DNA from: Bdellovibrionota bacterium
GTDB taxonomy: Bacteria > Bdellovibrionota_G > JALEGL01 > DATDPG01
Direction of reading: 5' to 3'
DNA length: 64,000 nucleotides
NCBI GenBank assembly: GCA_963668355.1
Contig: OY764265.1
Location: 864,001-928,000, forward strand
Positions 46,861-57,477 of this stretch are shown piece after piece. The notes under the pieces were generated by a model. The model saw only the letters and a list, made by a program, of their open reading frames with translations. It was not told the origin of the DNA and made no database searches. Numbering within the stretch: the stretch's first letter is position 1; each line of letters begins with the position of its first letter. The position numbers were made by a program, and so were the translations under genes.

Positions 46861-47379
46861 ATGGCCGCTCGTAAGAAGGCAAAGAAAAAAACAACTAAAA
46901 AGAAAATCGTAAAAAAGGCTCCCAAGAAAAAGAAGGTTGCCAAAAAAGCTAAGAAGAAAAAAGCTGCCAAAAAGAAAAAAGTTGTAAAGAAGGCGAAGAA
47001 GAAAAAGGCTACAAAAAAGAAAAAGACTGTAAAAAAAGCAGCGCCAAAAAAGAAAAAAGTTGCGAAGAAAAAACCGACCAAGAAAAAGAAGGTCGCAAAA
47101 AAAGCTAAGAAGAAAACCAGCAAGCGAAAACCTTCTGCCGCTTTCATGAAACCCATGACCCCAAGCGACATTCTCGCAGCCATCATCGGCCCCAAAGCCC
47201 TACCCAGAACGGAAATCACGAAGCAGATTTGGAAATACATCAAGAAGCATGATCTTCAAGACAAAACCAAACGCATCATGATCAATGCCGATGAAAAAAT
47301 GAAAGCGCTCTTTGGCGGAAAAACCAAAGTGTCTATGTTTGAACTGACCAAGTGGGTCAACAAACATTTAAGCGCTTAG
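46861..47379 (+). CDS. Histone H1-like Lys/Ala-rich protein fused to a SWIB/MDM2 domain
   Basis: ~90-aa KKKKVAKKA-type repeats; AFMKPMTPS..LAAIIG..LPRTE.TK.IW.YIKKHDLQD..INAD..FGGK..VSMFE; AAGGAG RBS. Confidence 0.92.
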   Translation: MAARKKAKKKTTKKKIVKKAPKKKKVAKKAKKKKAAKKKKVVKKAKKKKATKKKKTVKKAAPKKKKVAKKKPTKKKKVAKKAKKKTSKRKPSAAFMKPMTPSDILAAIIGPKALPRTEITKQIWKYIKKHDLQDKTKRIMINADEKMKALFGGKTKVSMFELTKWVNKHLSA

Positions 47380-47399
47380 TTCTTTTTTCATTCATATAG

Positions 47400-47435
47400 A
47401 CCCCCCGTTCAAGGAATTGGATGGGGGGTTTTTTA
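47400..47435 (+). terminator. Intrinsic terminator after the SWIB gene
   Basis: ACCCCCCGTTCAA-ggaa-TTGGATGGGGGGT followed by a T tract. Confidence 0.75.
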
Positions 47436-47437
47436 AT

Positions 47438-47974
47438 TCAGCTTTTCGATCGATAAACCTGCCAAAACCCTCGACCATACGTAACCGATGAAAGAATCGT
47501 CAGACAGGCAGACGTCCATAGAAACAGAAAAAAAACCTTCTGAATGGCGGGCCACACCGGAAGAAGAATCGCCGCCAAAAGCGTAATATTTTGCATGACG
47601 GTCGCAATTTTCCCCGTCAAATAGGGCCGTATTTTTATTCCATACCCCCGAAACTTCAAAAACAAGGTTCCGGTCACAAGTCCGAGATCACGCGTAACGG
47701 TTACAGCACAAAACCAAATGGGGATTGAGCCCGTGATCGTCAGGGTAAGTAAGACCGTGGTGATGATCAATTTGTCAGCTGCGGGATCCAGCCAAGAGCC
47801 AAATACCGTCGAGGCATCAAAGTTCCTTGCTATGAAACCATCTGCCAAGTCCGTAATTCCAGCCACCAATAAGGCCCCAAGGGCCCAGGTTGTTTGACCT
47901 TCCAACAAGAAAAGAACCAAGGGAAAAGCCAAGGACATCCGAAAAATCGTCAGAATGTTGGGAATGTAACGCAT
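47438..47974 (-). CDS. CDP-alcohol phosphatidyltransferase (PgsA-like)
   Basis: IPNILTIFR, TDLADGFIAR...G..LDPAADK. Confidence 0.92.
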   Translation of the reverse strand: MRYIPNILTIFRMSLAFPLVLFLLEGQTTWALGALLVAGITDLADGFIARNFDASTVFGSWLDPAADKLIITTVLLTLTITGSIPIWFCAVTVTRDLGLVTGTLFLKFRGYGIKIRPYLTGKIATVMQNITLLAAILLPVWPAIQKVFFLFLWTSACLTILSSVTYGRGFWQVYRSKS

Positions 47975-48963
47975 TATCGTTTAACGATTTCGACCTTAAC
48001 CTTTCGATCTTTCACATCCACCACCTTCAGCGAATCTCCAGCCACCTTCATTTGAGCTAAGGTTTTGACTAATTTCCCCATTTCTCCGTCAAAAACCGTC
48101 TCAAAAACCACGCTTCCAGCCGAGTATTCCGCATCTTTCCCTTCCGAAAAGCCCCACTCGTCGGAGTTGAGCATCTTACGAAGCTCCCTCAAAGGCAGGT
48201 TATTTCTTAGCCCTGAAACTTCAATTTCATAAACTCGCCCACTTCCAACCATTTTTAGCCAAGGCGGAATGACCTTCCCCAGAGCGGCTGTAGCCAAGAA
48301 ACCTGCCATTTCACGTTCTTCCCATTCTTTTTGAAGGGAAACCTTTCGCCGAGACGAACGTTTTTGAACGTTCTTCATTTCTATGGTGATTTGAGCGGGA
48401 ATGGATTTGCGACCTTCTTTTCCGATTTCCCCTGAAAGCAGGACATCTGCTTCTTCTTTTGAGCTGGCTGAGAGATACCCAAGATCCGCCAATCGATTCT
48501 GTATTCTTTGAGCCCAAATAGCCCCCTGACTTCCCTCAAAGGGCTGAATGAAGAAGGTTGGCCTTTTGATCCGATCGAAAAGAATGCCCCAACGAATGAG
48601 TTCTCGACGAACTTGGTCTTTCAAGGGAACCACCAGGAGTTCCACCTCAAGGTTGCCACCCTTACGGGTTTCTCCAAGCAACCGATAGTCTTTAACCAAA
48701 CGCCTTCGTTTCTCTCCCAAACGAACCTCAATGATGTCTTTGATTTGGGAAAATTGAGAAGGATTGAAAAAGTCTTCTGAAACCTTGAGAATGCCTTCAT
48801 TCATGGCTTCCCCGATGGCTTCTTCTCGTGCGGAAGCATAATTTTGACCCACAACCTCGGTTTCTCCTACAACCCGAACCTCCTCGTAGGGGGCCGATTG
48901 GCCCGAAAGGGCATATAGAAAAAAACTACATCCGAGAACGATACCAATGAATTGTTTTTTCAA
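47974..48963 (-). CDS. Exported hypothetical protein (FlgT-N-like start)
   Basis: Signal peptide after the inferred TTG 48963; V.G......SAREEAI.EA. Confidence 0.55.
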   Translation of the reverse strand: MKKQFIGIVLGCSFFLYALSGQSAPYEEVRVVGETEVVGQNYASAREEAIGEAMNEGILKVSEDFFNPSQFSQIKDIIEVRLGEKRRRLVKDYRLLGETRKGGNLEVELLVVPLKDQVRRELIRWGILFDRIKRPTFFIQPFEGSQGAIWAQRIQNRLADLGYLSASSKEEADVLLSGEIGKEGRKSIPAQITIEMKNVQKRSSRRKVSLQKEWEEREMAGFLATAALGKVIPPWLKMVGSGRVYEIEVSGLRNNLPLRELRKMLNSDEWGFSEGKDAEYSAGSVVFETVFDGEMGKLVKTLAQMKVAGDSLKVVDVKDRKVKVEIVKR

Positions 48964-49888
48964 TTCCCTTCTCCAAATCAATCTTGGGTTCATAGCCCAA
49001 AAGTTCACGCGCCCGATCAATGTTCGGTATACGCAATTCAACATCTTGCTCCGGCCAATGAATGGAAGAGATTTCTGAGGAAGATTTAGCCAGACGAACC
49101 ACCTCTTTGGCCAAGTAGTAAATGGTCACGGTGTTCTGAGGATTCCCGATATTGAACGCCTTGCCCAAAGCCTCGGGCTTTTCCAAGCTCAACAAAATCC
49201 CATCGATGATGTCGGTGATATAACACCACGATCGAATCTGGTTGCCTCCATTATGGACTTCCAACGTTTCACCCCGAATGGCACGTTGAACAAATTTGTG
49301 CACAGCCCCCTCTCCCACCTGGTTGGGACCAAAAATATTAAAGGGACGAATGGAACAGGTCGGAAGCCCAAAAGATTTGAAGTAATTGTGCGCCAAATGC
49401 TCCGTGGCCAGCTTACTCACAGCATAGGTCCACCGAGCTTCCCCAACAGCCCCTAAACTCGTGACATCTCCTTCATGCACATTGAACGCATAATTCCCAA
49501 ACACTTCACTGGTGGAGAAATCGACAACACATTCAATCTGGCTGTGCTTTTTGGCTTCTTCCAAGACATGGTAGGTTCCCAACAAAGCTATCTTCATGGT
49601 GTCTACGGCATTTTTAATGACCGTATCCACCCCCGCAATGGCCGCAAGGTGCACCACATGAGAAATCTCTTTCATGGCCAAAGCAACGTCTTCGGGCTTA
49701 CACACATCTCCCTTCAAAACCTCTACATTGGGATGCTGGCCCCATTCTGTGTTGGATAGGGCGTCTCGAAACATCGTATCGAGGACACGAACCCGATTGT
49801 GCTCGCAAAGCGCCTGGACCAAATGCGTTCCAATGAATCCCGCGCCACCTGTGATCAGTATGTGTTTTCCCTCCACGTTCAACCTCAA
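48926..49888 (-). CDS. NAD-dependent nucleotide-sugar epimerase/dehydratase
   Basis: ITGGAGFIG, HLAA, STSEVFG, YAVSK, RPFNIFGP. Confidence 0.92.
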   Translation of the reverse strand: MRLNVEGKHILITGGAGFIGTHLVQALCEHNRVRVLDTMFRDALSNTEWGQHPNVEVLKGDVCKPEDVALAMKEISHVVHLAAIAGVDTVIKNAVDTMKIALLGTYHVLEEAKKHSQIECVVDFSTSEVFGNYAFNVHEGDVTSLGAVGEARWTYAVSKLATEHLAHNYFKSFGLPTCSIRPFNIFGPNQVGEGAVHKFVQRAIRGETLEVHNGGNQIRSWCYITDIIDGILLSLEKPEALGKAFNIGNPQNTVTIYYLAKEVVRLAKSSSEISSIHWPEQDVELRIPNIDRARELLGYEPKIDLEKGIEKTIHWYRSRM

Positions 49889-49901
49889 TCTGAAAGCCTT
49901 T

Positions 49902-50348
49902 TTACGCTTCCCCTCTCTTTTTGATCAAAAGCGTGAACGTCCCCGTTTGAACCGTTTCGCCGCTCTGATTTACAAGTTTCCGATCCATCATCACAATGCC
50001 ACCTTCTCCCCGAATATCCCGTTTCTTTTTGATCTCACTGACATAGTGAATGGTGTCCCCAATGAATATGGGTTTGGAAAACTTCCATTCCACACCCATA
50101 AAGGCCATGACAGACCACTGAGGCTCTACGGCATTCAAGCCACTGGCAATCGACAGCCCTAGAAGTCCGTGGGCAATGCGTTTGCCAAAAATCGTTGTTT
50201 TTGCAAACTCTTCATCCGTGTGCAAGGGGTTGAAATCTCCACTCAATCCCGCAAATTGCACAATATCGGTTTCCGTAATGGTTCGACACGCTGAAGCCCA
50301 GCTATGCCCGATTTCTAAATCTTCAAAGTGCTTTCTATCGTCTTTCAT
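49902..50348 (-). CDS. MaoC-family dehydratase
   Basis: RTITETD..FAGLSGDFNPLH, RIAHG, PIFIGDT. Confidence 0.92.
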   Translation of the reverse strand: MKDDRKHFEDLEIGHSWASACRTITETDIVQFAGLSGDFNPLHTDEEFAKTTIFGKRIAHGLLGLSIASGLNAVEPQWSVMAFMGVEWKFSKPIFIGDTIHYVSEIKKKRDIRGEGGIVMMDRKLVNQSGETVQTGTFTLLIKKRGEA

Positions 50349-50440
50349 AGTCCTGGTTTACCCGGAAGCGAAAAAAGGAGCAATCTTCGTATGCCTTTAC
50401 GGAATGACCAAGTTTTCGTATAACCGCTCAGGGATCATGA

Positions 50441-53400
50441 ATGTCTAAGGCTTCCAACCACTTCCCCCCTGAGGGCCTTTCCCTTGAGGCTTTGCAAAGC
50501 CTCATTTTCCAAATCCCCTCGGCCATGGCCATTCTGGATGTTGACATGCGATACATCGCGGTAAGCCAGCGATGGATTCAGGACTACCGACTGGAGAGGG
50601 GCTCGGTTGTGGGAAAATCTCATTATGAAGTTTTTCCAGATCTACCTCCCGAGTGGCGAACACGACACCAAAGCGTTCTTTCCGGAACCCCTGATACGTG
50701 TGAACAGTACCTATTCACACACCGGGACGGGTCAAAAGATTGGATCCGTTGGGAAGCCAAGCCATGGAAAGATCCCCAGGGCCTCATCTCAGGCCTAATT
50801 TTGGTCACCGAGATCATCAATCAATCCATATATGCGCAGGATGCGCTGCGAGCCAGTGAAGAAAAATACAGCAAAGTCTTTCTCCACTCTGCCGATGCCA
50901 TTCTGCTCCATGACTTTGGGGGCAGAATCATTGACGCCAACCCCAAAGCGAGAGAGATGTTGGATTACTCTCTTTCTGAACTTCGAGGAATGGCTATCCA
51001 GGATTTGCATCCCCCAGAGACCATTTCGACCTCCAAACATGCGTTCGAAACCATCAAGGAAAAGAAATGGGTTAAGTTTGATATCGATTTTCTCAGGAAA
51101 AACGGCCCACCCTTTCCCGCAGAAGTATCGGCCTCCCTGTATGAAGTGAGCGGAGAAGTATTGATTCAGGGAATTTTCAGAGATTTAACGGAGCGCAAAA
51201 AACGAGAAACCGAAGAAAAACTCCAGGTTGAGCAAGAGCTTGCGGCGGTGGATCGTCGATACAACCAACTGGTCGAGTCTCTGCCCATTGCCGTTCTGGT
51301 CATCGATCTGGATGGACGCATTAGTTTCGTGAACGAATTTGCGGCCAATATCGTCAAGGTCCCACGAGAAAGGATCATCGGAGAACGATTCGACTCCGAA
51401 CATTGGGGAATCCGTGATCTTGACGGAAGCCCTCTTGACCCAGCCACACGCCCTTTCACGCGCGTAATGCAGGAGCAGGAACCCTACTTGGGGCATGAAT
51501 TTCGAATGAAAAGAAGTGATGGCGCCTCCATTATTCTTTCTTCCTACTTGGCTCCACTCAAGGATGAGAAAGGAGAACTCGACGCGGTCCTCATCACGGG
51601 GATGGAAATCACTGAACATCGAAACACGCAAGATGCATTGAAAGAAAGTGAAGAGCGTTTGCGCCAAGTCACCGAAAGCATACGTGAGGTGTTCTGGATG
51701 ACCGACCCTCTTCGAAAGAAATTTCTCTATATCAGCCCAGCTTACGAGGAAATCTGGGGTCGAAGCTGTGACAGCGCCTACAAGGAACCATCCTCCTTCC
51801 TGGATGCCATTCATGAAGATGATCGGGATCGCGTGATTAGAAATATTTCCAAACAAACCCGAGGAAATTATGACGAATTGTATCGGGTCGTCCGACCGGA
51901 CGCTTCCATTCGCTGGATTCGTGACAAGGCGTTCCCCATCTATGACAAAGATGGAGAAGTCTACCGCGTCGCGGGCATTGCCGAAGACGTCACAGCGCTC
52001 AAATTGGCTTCGGAAGAGCTTGAAGAGACGAATGCCTTTTTGGATTCCGTTTTTGAAAACATTCCCAACATGATCTTCGTAAAGGATGCCAAAAATCTAC
52101 GCTTCGTTCGTTTCAACAAAGCTGGAGAAAAATTGATCGGCAGACCTCGTGAGGAACTGATCGGGAAAAACGATTTTGACCTTTTTGCCCCCGAAGAAGC
52201 CGAGTTCTTCACACAAAATGACCGGGAAGTCATTGAGAATGGAAAACTGATCGACGTGCCAAAAGAGTCGATCCACACGCCTGAGGGTCTTCGATATCTT
52301 CACACCAAAAAAATTCCCATTTTGGATAAGCATTTGATCCCTCGATTTCTCCTAGGCATCTCAGAAGACATCACGGAACGAATTCAAATTGAACAAGACC
52401 TTCGTTTATTGGCCAGCATCACTGAGCGGTCGGTGGATGCCATCATGACCATCGACAATGAAAAGCGCTTTATGTTCTGGAATGAAGCGGCTGAACGAAT
52501 TTTCGGCTTCACCTATGACGAAGTAAAAGGGAAGCATATCTTCGACATCTTTGTTCCCCAAGAGCATCAAGATGAAGTTGCGCGTTCCTTGAATGTACAT
52601 CCGAGAAACCCGGAAGCCATTCGAAGGATTCGATCCGAACGACTCCATAAAAAGGGTCATCCCATTCCCGTCATGATCACATCCTTTCCCATTTCAAATG
52701 AGAACGACGATGTTTTGGCATGGGTGGCCATCACCCAAGATCTGACGCAAATCGTGGCTATGGAGCAAAAGATGGCCTCTCAAGCACGAATGGCCGCCAT
52801 CGGCCAAATGGCCGCCGGGATAGCCCATGAAATACGCAATCCTCTTTTCGGCATATCTTCAGCCACTCAGATCTTGGGTGCCCACTGCCAAGAAATCAAA
52901 GAGTTAAAAGAACTTAGTTCCGCTTCTTTGGTTGAAATTGCGCGCTTAAAAAAACTGGTCGACGAATTACTCCTGTTTTCTAAACCCAGCTCACTGGAAA
53001 AGACCGAAATCTTTCCCGAGAAACTCTACGAAAGCATCCTTCAACTCCACAGCCCCCTCTTGGACCAAAAGAGAATTCGAATCGAGGCCAAATTTGAACC
53101 GGAGTCGTCTTCCATCTTTGCTGACGAGGAAAAAATCAAACAGGTCCTTCTCAATCTTTTTCTTAACGCCATTCAAGCCTCCAACCGAGGAGATCGCATC
53201 CACGTTCATAGCCAAATTGAAAAAGAAGGTGCCTGGCGTTTTGAAATCTTCAACCCTGGCGAATGGATCCCAAAGAAGTTGTTAAAGCGCGTATTCGAAC
53301 CTTTTGTCTCTACCAAGAAAGAAGGAAGTGGCTTGGGTTTGGCTGTCTGCCGAAAAGTCATTGAGGAACATGGAGGCACGCTCAAATGCACCAGCAGTGC

Positions 53401-53491
53401 CGAAGATGGAACGACATTCACGTTTCACATTCCTTCAGATGTCGCCTTGACGACGCCTTCAAAACCTGTAAAAGACAGAGTTACAAAATGA
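50441..53491 (+). CDS. Cytoplasmic multi-PAS (about six) sensor histidine kinase
   Basis: Repeated PAS/PAC units (DLTERK, DVT, DITER); AHEIRNPL; QVLLNLFLNA, FEPFVSTK, GSGLGL; no TM. Confidence 0.93.
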   Translation: MSKASNHFPPEGLSLEALQSLIFQIPSAMAILDVDMRYIAVSQRWIQDYRLERGSVVGKSHYEVFPDLPPEWRTRHQSVLSGTPDTCEQYLFTHRDGSKDWIRWEAKPWKDPQGLISGLILVTEIINQSIYAQDALRASEEKYSKVFLHSADAILLHDFGGRIIDANPKAREMLDYSLSELRGMAIQDLHPPETISTSKHAFETIKEKKWVKFDIDFLRKNGPPFPAEVSASLYEVSGEVLIQGIFRDLTERKKRETEEKLQVEQELAAVDRRYNQLVESLPIAVLVIDLDGRISFVNEFAANIVKVPRERIIGERFDSEHWGIRDLDGSPLDPATRPFTRVMQEQEPYLGHEFRMKRSDGASIILSSYLAPLKDEKGELDAVLITGMEITEHRNTQDALKESEERLRQVTESIREVFWMTDPLRKKFLYISPAYEEIWGRSCDSAYKEPSSFLDAIHEDDRDRVIRNISKQTRGNYDELYRVVRPDASIRWIRDKAFPIYDKDGEVYRVAGIAEDVTALKLASEELEETNAFLDSVFENIPNMIFVKDAKNLRFVRFNKAGEKLIGRPREELIGKNDFDLFAPEEAEFFTQNDREVIENGKLIDVPKESIHTPEGLRYLHTKKIPILDKHLIPRFLLGISEDITERIQIEQDLRLLASITERSVDAIMTIDNEKRFMFWNEAAERIFGFTYDEVKGKHIFDIFVPQEHQDEVARSLNVHPRNPEAIRRIRSERLHKKGHPIPVMITSFPISNENDDVLAWVAITQDLTQIVAMEQKMASQARMAAIGQMAAGIAHEIRNPLFGISSATQILGAHCQEIKELKELSSASLVEIARLKKLVDELLLFSKPSSLEKTEIFPEKLYESILQLHSPLLDQKRIRIEAKFEPESSSIFADEEKIKQVLLNLFLNAIQASNRGDRIHVHSQIEKEGAWRFEIFNPGEWIPKKLLKRVFEPFVSTKKEGSGLGLAVCRKVIEEHGGTLKCTSSAEDGTTFTFHIPSDVALTTPSKPVKDRVTK

Positions 53492-53892
53492 AGCCCTCCA
53501 AGCGCATTCTTGTTGTCGATGATGAAAAGACCATTCTTTTGAGTTTGGCTTATGCACTCAAAGCCGATGGTGTTGATGTCATCACCTGCAACAAAGCTGA
53601 GTGGGCCGAAAAAGCGCTTCAAAACTATTATTTTGATGTCGTCATCACCGATCTAAGGTTGTCCAAAACCGAAGACAATGAGGGCATGAAAATTTTGGAG
53701 ATGACGAAGAAGAAGCACCCCAACTCCAAAGTCATCGTCATGACAGCCTATGGGTCCGAAGAGCTCCAGAAAAAAATTCGAACACTCGGAGCTGATCGTT
53801 ACTTTGACAAGCCTGTGGATCTTGACCTTCTCATTCAGGCCATCGAACAATTGGGGGTCCCGATGAAAAGAAACGCCCCCACCAATCGATAG
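53488..53892 (+). CDS. Single-domain response regulator
   Basis: ILVVDDE, ITDLRL, MTAYG, KP; ATGA overlap with the kinase. Confidence 0.92.
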   Translation: MKPSKRILVVDDEKTILLSLAYALKADGVDVITCNKAEWAEKALQNYYFDVVITDLRLSKTEDNEGMKILEMTKKKHPNSKVIVMTAYGSEELQKKIRTLGADRYFDKPVDLDLLIQAIEQLGVPMKRNAPTNR

Positions 53893-53974
53893 GGCATTTT
53901 CCCTTTGGGATGATTGCCCGAAACGATCCTTTCCACTACATTTACATAAAGAAACGCTAAGACGAGAGAGAACC

Positions 53975-55273
53975 ATGAACGAAAAAGCAATATCGATATC
54001 CGACATCCCCCGACATGCAGGGAAAGAAGTTCGCCTTCAAGGCTGGCTTTACAACAAGCGATCCAGTGGAAAAATTCAATTTCTTCAGCTTCGAGACGGC
54101 TCTGACATCATTCAGTGCGTGGTCGTAAAAAAAGAGGTTTCAGCTGAAACGTTCGAAAAAGCCGAACAACTCACCCAGGAAGCCGCTTTTGCGGTTACAG
54201 GAGAAGTGCGAGAAGACAAACGTTCCAAACTTGGTTTTGAACTTGGCGTAAAATCGATCGAACCCCTCTCTCCTTCGGTGGACTATCCGATTTCTCCCAA
54301 GGAGCATGGCGTTTCTTTCCTCATGGATCATCGGCATCTTTGGCTTCGATCCAAAAAGCAACACGCCATTTTGCGTATTCGACATGAATTGATCAAAGCC
54401 ATACGCGATTTCTTTGACCGTCAAGACTTCATCAATGTAGACGCGCCTATATTCACGCCAGCCGCCTGCGAAGGAACCACCACGCTTTTCGAAACCAAGT
54501 ACTTCGACGACAAGGCCTTTCTCACGCAAAGTGGTCAGCTATACATGGAAGCCGCAGCCATGGCCCATGGGAAAGTCTATTGTTTCGGCCCGACATTTCG
54601 AGCCGAGAAATCCAAGACACGTAGACATCTTACAGAGTTTTGGATGGTCGAACCCGAAGTGGCCTTCAATGATTTGGAAGCAAATATGGACCTGGCGGAA
54701 GATTTTCTCGTTTCCATTGTTTCTCGTGTGTTGGAAGAACGAAAAACCGAACTGGAGATTCTGGAACGTGATCTCACTCCTCTAGAAAATGTTCAAAAAC
54801 CTTTCCCTCGCGTCCACTACTCGGACGCCGTCCAAAAACTCAACAGTTTGGGAACCTCCATGAAGTGGGGAAGCGATTTTGGTGGCGAGGATGAGACCAT
54901 TCTCACAAAGCAGTTTGACCGTCCCATCATCGTGCATCGCTTTCCAACGGCCATCAAAGCGTTCTATATGAAAGAAGATCCCACGGATTCAAAACTCTCG
55001 ATGTCGATGGATGTGTTGGCACCCGAAGGATATGGGGAAATCATTGGAGGTGGAGAGCGAGAATCCTCTCTCGAAACCCTTCAAAAAAAGATTCAAGAGC
55101 ACCAACTCCCCGAGGATGCCTTTAAGTGGTACCTCGACTTACGCAGATATGGATCCGTGCCTCATGCCGGTTTTGGTTTGGGATTGGAAAGAACCGTGAC
55201 GTGGATTTGTGGAATTCATCACTTACGAGAAGCCATTCCCTTTCCAAGACTCATGGAACGAATCACACCCTAG
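53975..55273 (+). CDS. asnS: Asparagine--tRNA ligase
   Basis: [49 protein letters not shown]. Confidence 0.95.
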   Translation: MNEKAISISDIPRHAGKEVRLQGWLYNKRSSGKIQFLQLRDGSDIIQCVVVKKEVSAETFEKAEQLTQEAAFAVTGEVREDKRSKLGFELGVKSIEPLSPSVDYPISPKEHGVSFLMDHRHLWLRSKKQHAILRIRHELIKAIRDFFDRQDFINVDAPIFTPAACEGTTTLFETKYFDDKAFLTQSGQLYMEAAAMAHGKVYCFGPTFRAEKSKTRRHLTEFWMVEPEVAFNDLEANMDLAEDFLVSIVSRVLEERKTELEILERDLTPLENVQKPFPRVHYSDAVQKLNSLGTSMKWGSDFGGEDETILTKQFDRPIIVHRFPTAIKAFYMKEDPTDSKLSMSMDVLAPEGYGEIIGGGERESSLETLQKKIQEHQLPEDAFKWYLDLRRYGSVPHAGFGLGLERTVTWICGIHHLREAIPFPRLMERITP

Positions 55274-55300
55274 TTCATCCGATTGGACTTTTCTTTACGT

Positions 55301-56401
55301 TTACTTTTTCTTTTTTTGAAAAAGGGACTCATCTACAAGATAGCCTTGGCTTTTGGCTTCCTGCAAAAATGAGGGGAGATTTCCCGTGGGATGATGGGAG
55401 CCCAAAATCTTTCCTTCTTCGTCAACACGATCAATCTGGTGACGAAAGAGGTCCGACACATGGTAATGCCCGGCTTCATCTAACTCCCCAATCTCGGATA
55501 TATGTGTAATCCGACGGGTTCCATCCCGAAGTCGGGCCACTTGAATGACAATTTCAATGGCCGTGGCAATTTGACTTCGTAGGGCCCGCCAAGGAAGTTC
55601 GACATCGGACATCAACGCCAAGGTTTCCAATCGCGTCAGGGCGCCATGCGGCGTGTTTGCGTGAACGGTGGCCATCGAGCCGGAGTGTCCTGTATTCATC
55701 GCTTGAAGCAAATCGAGCGCCTCTCCGCCTCGCACTTCTCCGATGACAATCCGATCCGGACGCATCCGAAGCGAAGCTCGAACCAGGTCTCTCAAACTCA
55801 CTTGTCCGGTTCCATCGGCATCAGCCGCTCGAGTTTCCAAGGGCAACAAATGCTCTTGCTGCAATTGAAGCTCGCTGGAGTCTTCGATGACCACGATCCG
55901 CTGATCTTCAGAAACAAGGGTCGAAACAACATTCAAAAGTGTGGTCTTTCCCGAGGAGGTTCCTCCCGAAACGATGATGTTTTTGGAAAGCGCGACACAA
56001 AGGTTCATGAATTTGGCCATTTCCAAAGACAGAGCCCCACCATCCACCAGCTGCTTCAAATTCAACATGCTCTGGCTGAATTTTCGAATCGAAATGTAAA
56101 TGCCCCTTCGAGCGCAGGGTGGAGTAACCACATGAACGCGAGAACCATCGGGTAAGCGAGCATCCAAAATGGGAGCCTTTTCATTGATCACACGCCCCAC
56201 GGACTGAGCTACACGACGAACCGCAGCCATGAGTTGCTCTTCATCTGAAAATGCAGATTCTGTTTTGACGATTTTTCCCTTTTTTTCGATAAAAATTTGG
56301 TCAGGCCCGTTGACCATGACCTCACTCACGGATGGATCGTTCAAGTACTCGGAAATGGGGCGAAAAAAGCCCGCAGTGAATTCATTGTAGGCATCGGTCA
56401 T
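55301..56401 (-). CDS. cpaF: CpaF/TadA family pilus assembly ATPase
   Basis: DARLPDGSR, SIRKF, GGTSSGKTT, IEDSSEL, LRMRPDRIVIGEVRG, AMNTGH. Confidence 0.92.
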   Translation of the reverse strand: MTDAYNEFTAGFFRPISEYLNDPSVSEVMVNGPDQIFIEKKGKIVKTESAFSDEEQLMAAVRRVAQSVGRVINEKAPILDARLPDGSRVHVVTPPCARRGIYISIRKFSQSMLNLKQLVDGGALSLEMAKFMNLCVALSKNIIVSGGTSSGKTTLLNVVSTLVSEDQRIVVIEDSSELQLQQEHLLPLETRAADADGTGQVSLRDLVRASLRMRPDRIVIGEVRGGEALDLLQAMNTGHSGSMATVHANTPHGALTRLETLALMSDVELPWRALRSQIATAIEIVIQVARLRDGTRRITHISEIGELDEAGHYHVSDLFRHQIDRVDEEGKILGSHHPTGNLPSFLQEAKSQGYLVDESLFQKKKK

Positions 56402-56464
56402 ATTCGCTCATTGTAGCGGAATTCCGATTTGCCATCGATCTTTGACTGGGGCAAATTAAGAACC

Positions 56465-57265
56465 ATGAAAATGAAGTCCTTTTCTCTGTTTTTGGCGGCA
56501 TGCACTCTTCTTCTCACCAGTTGCGTTTCCAAAAAGGTTCATGACGAACTCTGGGTGGAGCAAATCGACTGCAAAAATCACCTGTCTGAAGCCCGCAAAG
56601 AGTTGGTCACGCTGAAAGGCCAAAACAAGCTTCTTCAGGAAAAAACCAGAGAGGTGGAGCTTCGAAATGAGGAGTTGTCGAAAACCAATCAAATTTTGGT
56701 CACAAAGAACCAAACCTATGCCAACCAACAGCTGGAAAATCAAAGCAAGATATTGGAATTAAAGAAAGAAAAAGCCGAAACCGAAGAAAAGCTCGTATTC
56801 ACAAGCAAAACCTATGACGACTTGATTCAAACCCTCAAGGAGGAAATCAAGGAAGGACAAATCCGGATTGGACAAAAAGGAGACCGTCTCACCGTCAATG
56901 TTTCCAATCAGATTCTCTTTCACTCGGGAAGCGCCCAAGTTCAGGCCAAAGGAAAATCCGTCCTCAAGAAAGTGGTGAAAGCTCTCAAGAAGATGAAGGA
57001 CAAACGCATTCTCGTAGAAGGCCACACCGACAATCTTCCCATTACCCAAAGCTTGAAAAAGAAATTTCCTTCCAACTGGGACCTTTCCACTGCTCGAGCC
57101 ACACAGGTTGTAAGATTCTTGGAGGAGCAGGGCATCAACCCTGAACGCTTAACCGCCTCTGGAAGGGGAGAATATGCCCCCATTGCTTCCAATCAAACAC
57201 GGGAGGGACGAAAGCAAAACCGACGCATTGAAATCATTCTCCTCCCTTTGCTCCCAAAGGAATAA
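56465..57265 (+). CDS. OmpA/MotB-family coiled-coil lipoprotein
   Basis: LLTSC lipobox, coiled coil, ILFHSGSA, EGHTDN, NWDLSTARA, NRRIEI. Confidence 0.9.
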   Translation: MKMKSFSLFLAACTLLLTSCVSKKVHDELWVEQIDCKNHLSEARKELVTLKGQNKLLQEKTREVELRNEELSKTNQILVTKNQTYANQQLENQSKILELKKEKAETEEKLVFTSKTYDDLIQTLKEEIKEGQIRIGQKGDRLTVNVSNQILFHSGSAQVQAKGKSVLKKVVKALKKMKDKRILVEGHTDNLPITQSLKKKFPSNWDLSTARATQVVRFLEEQGINPERLTASGRGEYAPIASNQTREGRKQNRRIEIILLPLLPKE

Positions 57266-57290
57266 AAAGACCCCCTGTATGTGACCTGTC

Positions 57291-57319
57291 TTGACTTTCC
57301 CCCCTTTCCCCCTTATATA
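57291..57319 (+). promoter_or_regulatory. sigma70 promoter of the rpsB-tsf operon
   Basis: TTGACT-N17-TATATA followed by GC-rich GCGCCGCG discriminator. Confidence 0.65.
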
Positions 57320-57329
57320 GCGCCGCGAA

Positions 57330-57455
57330 ATTAACGACTCAGGCTTTTATTCCAGCCTCTCGGTTGGAACCGGGTCCGTGACCCGCCCCCTGGTGTCCCG
57401 AAAGGGATTTGGGGACTCCGCCAAAACGGAGCGAAAAGCCGTGGATTAACCAGAA
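57330..57455 (+). promoter_or_regulatory. Structured rpsB 5' leader (putative S2 autoregulatory RNA)
   Basis: GGCTTTT...AAAAGCC closing stem with internal GTCCC-gaaa-GGGAT and CTCCG..CGGAG hairpins; position matches the known rpsB leader. Confidence 0.55.
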
Positions 57456-57477
57456 ACTTTAGAAATTAAGAGGACTT

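Noticed and set aside
46794..47243. Phe-rich 149-aa minus-strand 'membrane protein'
   Set aside because: Antisense artefact of the poly-Lys codons in the H1-SWIB gene
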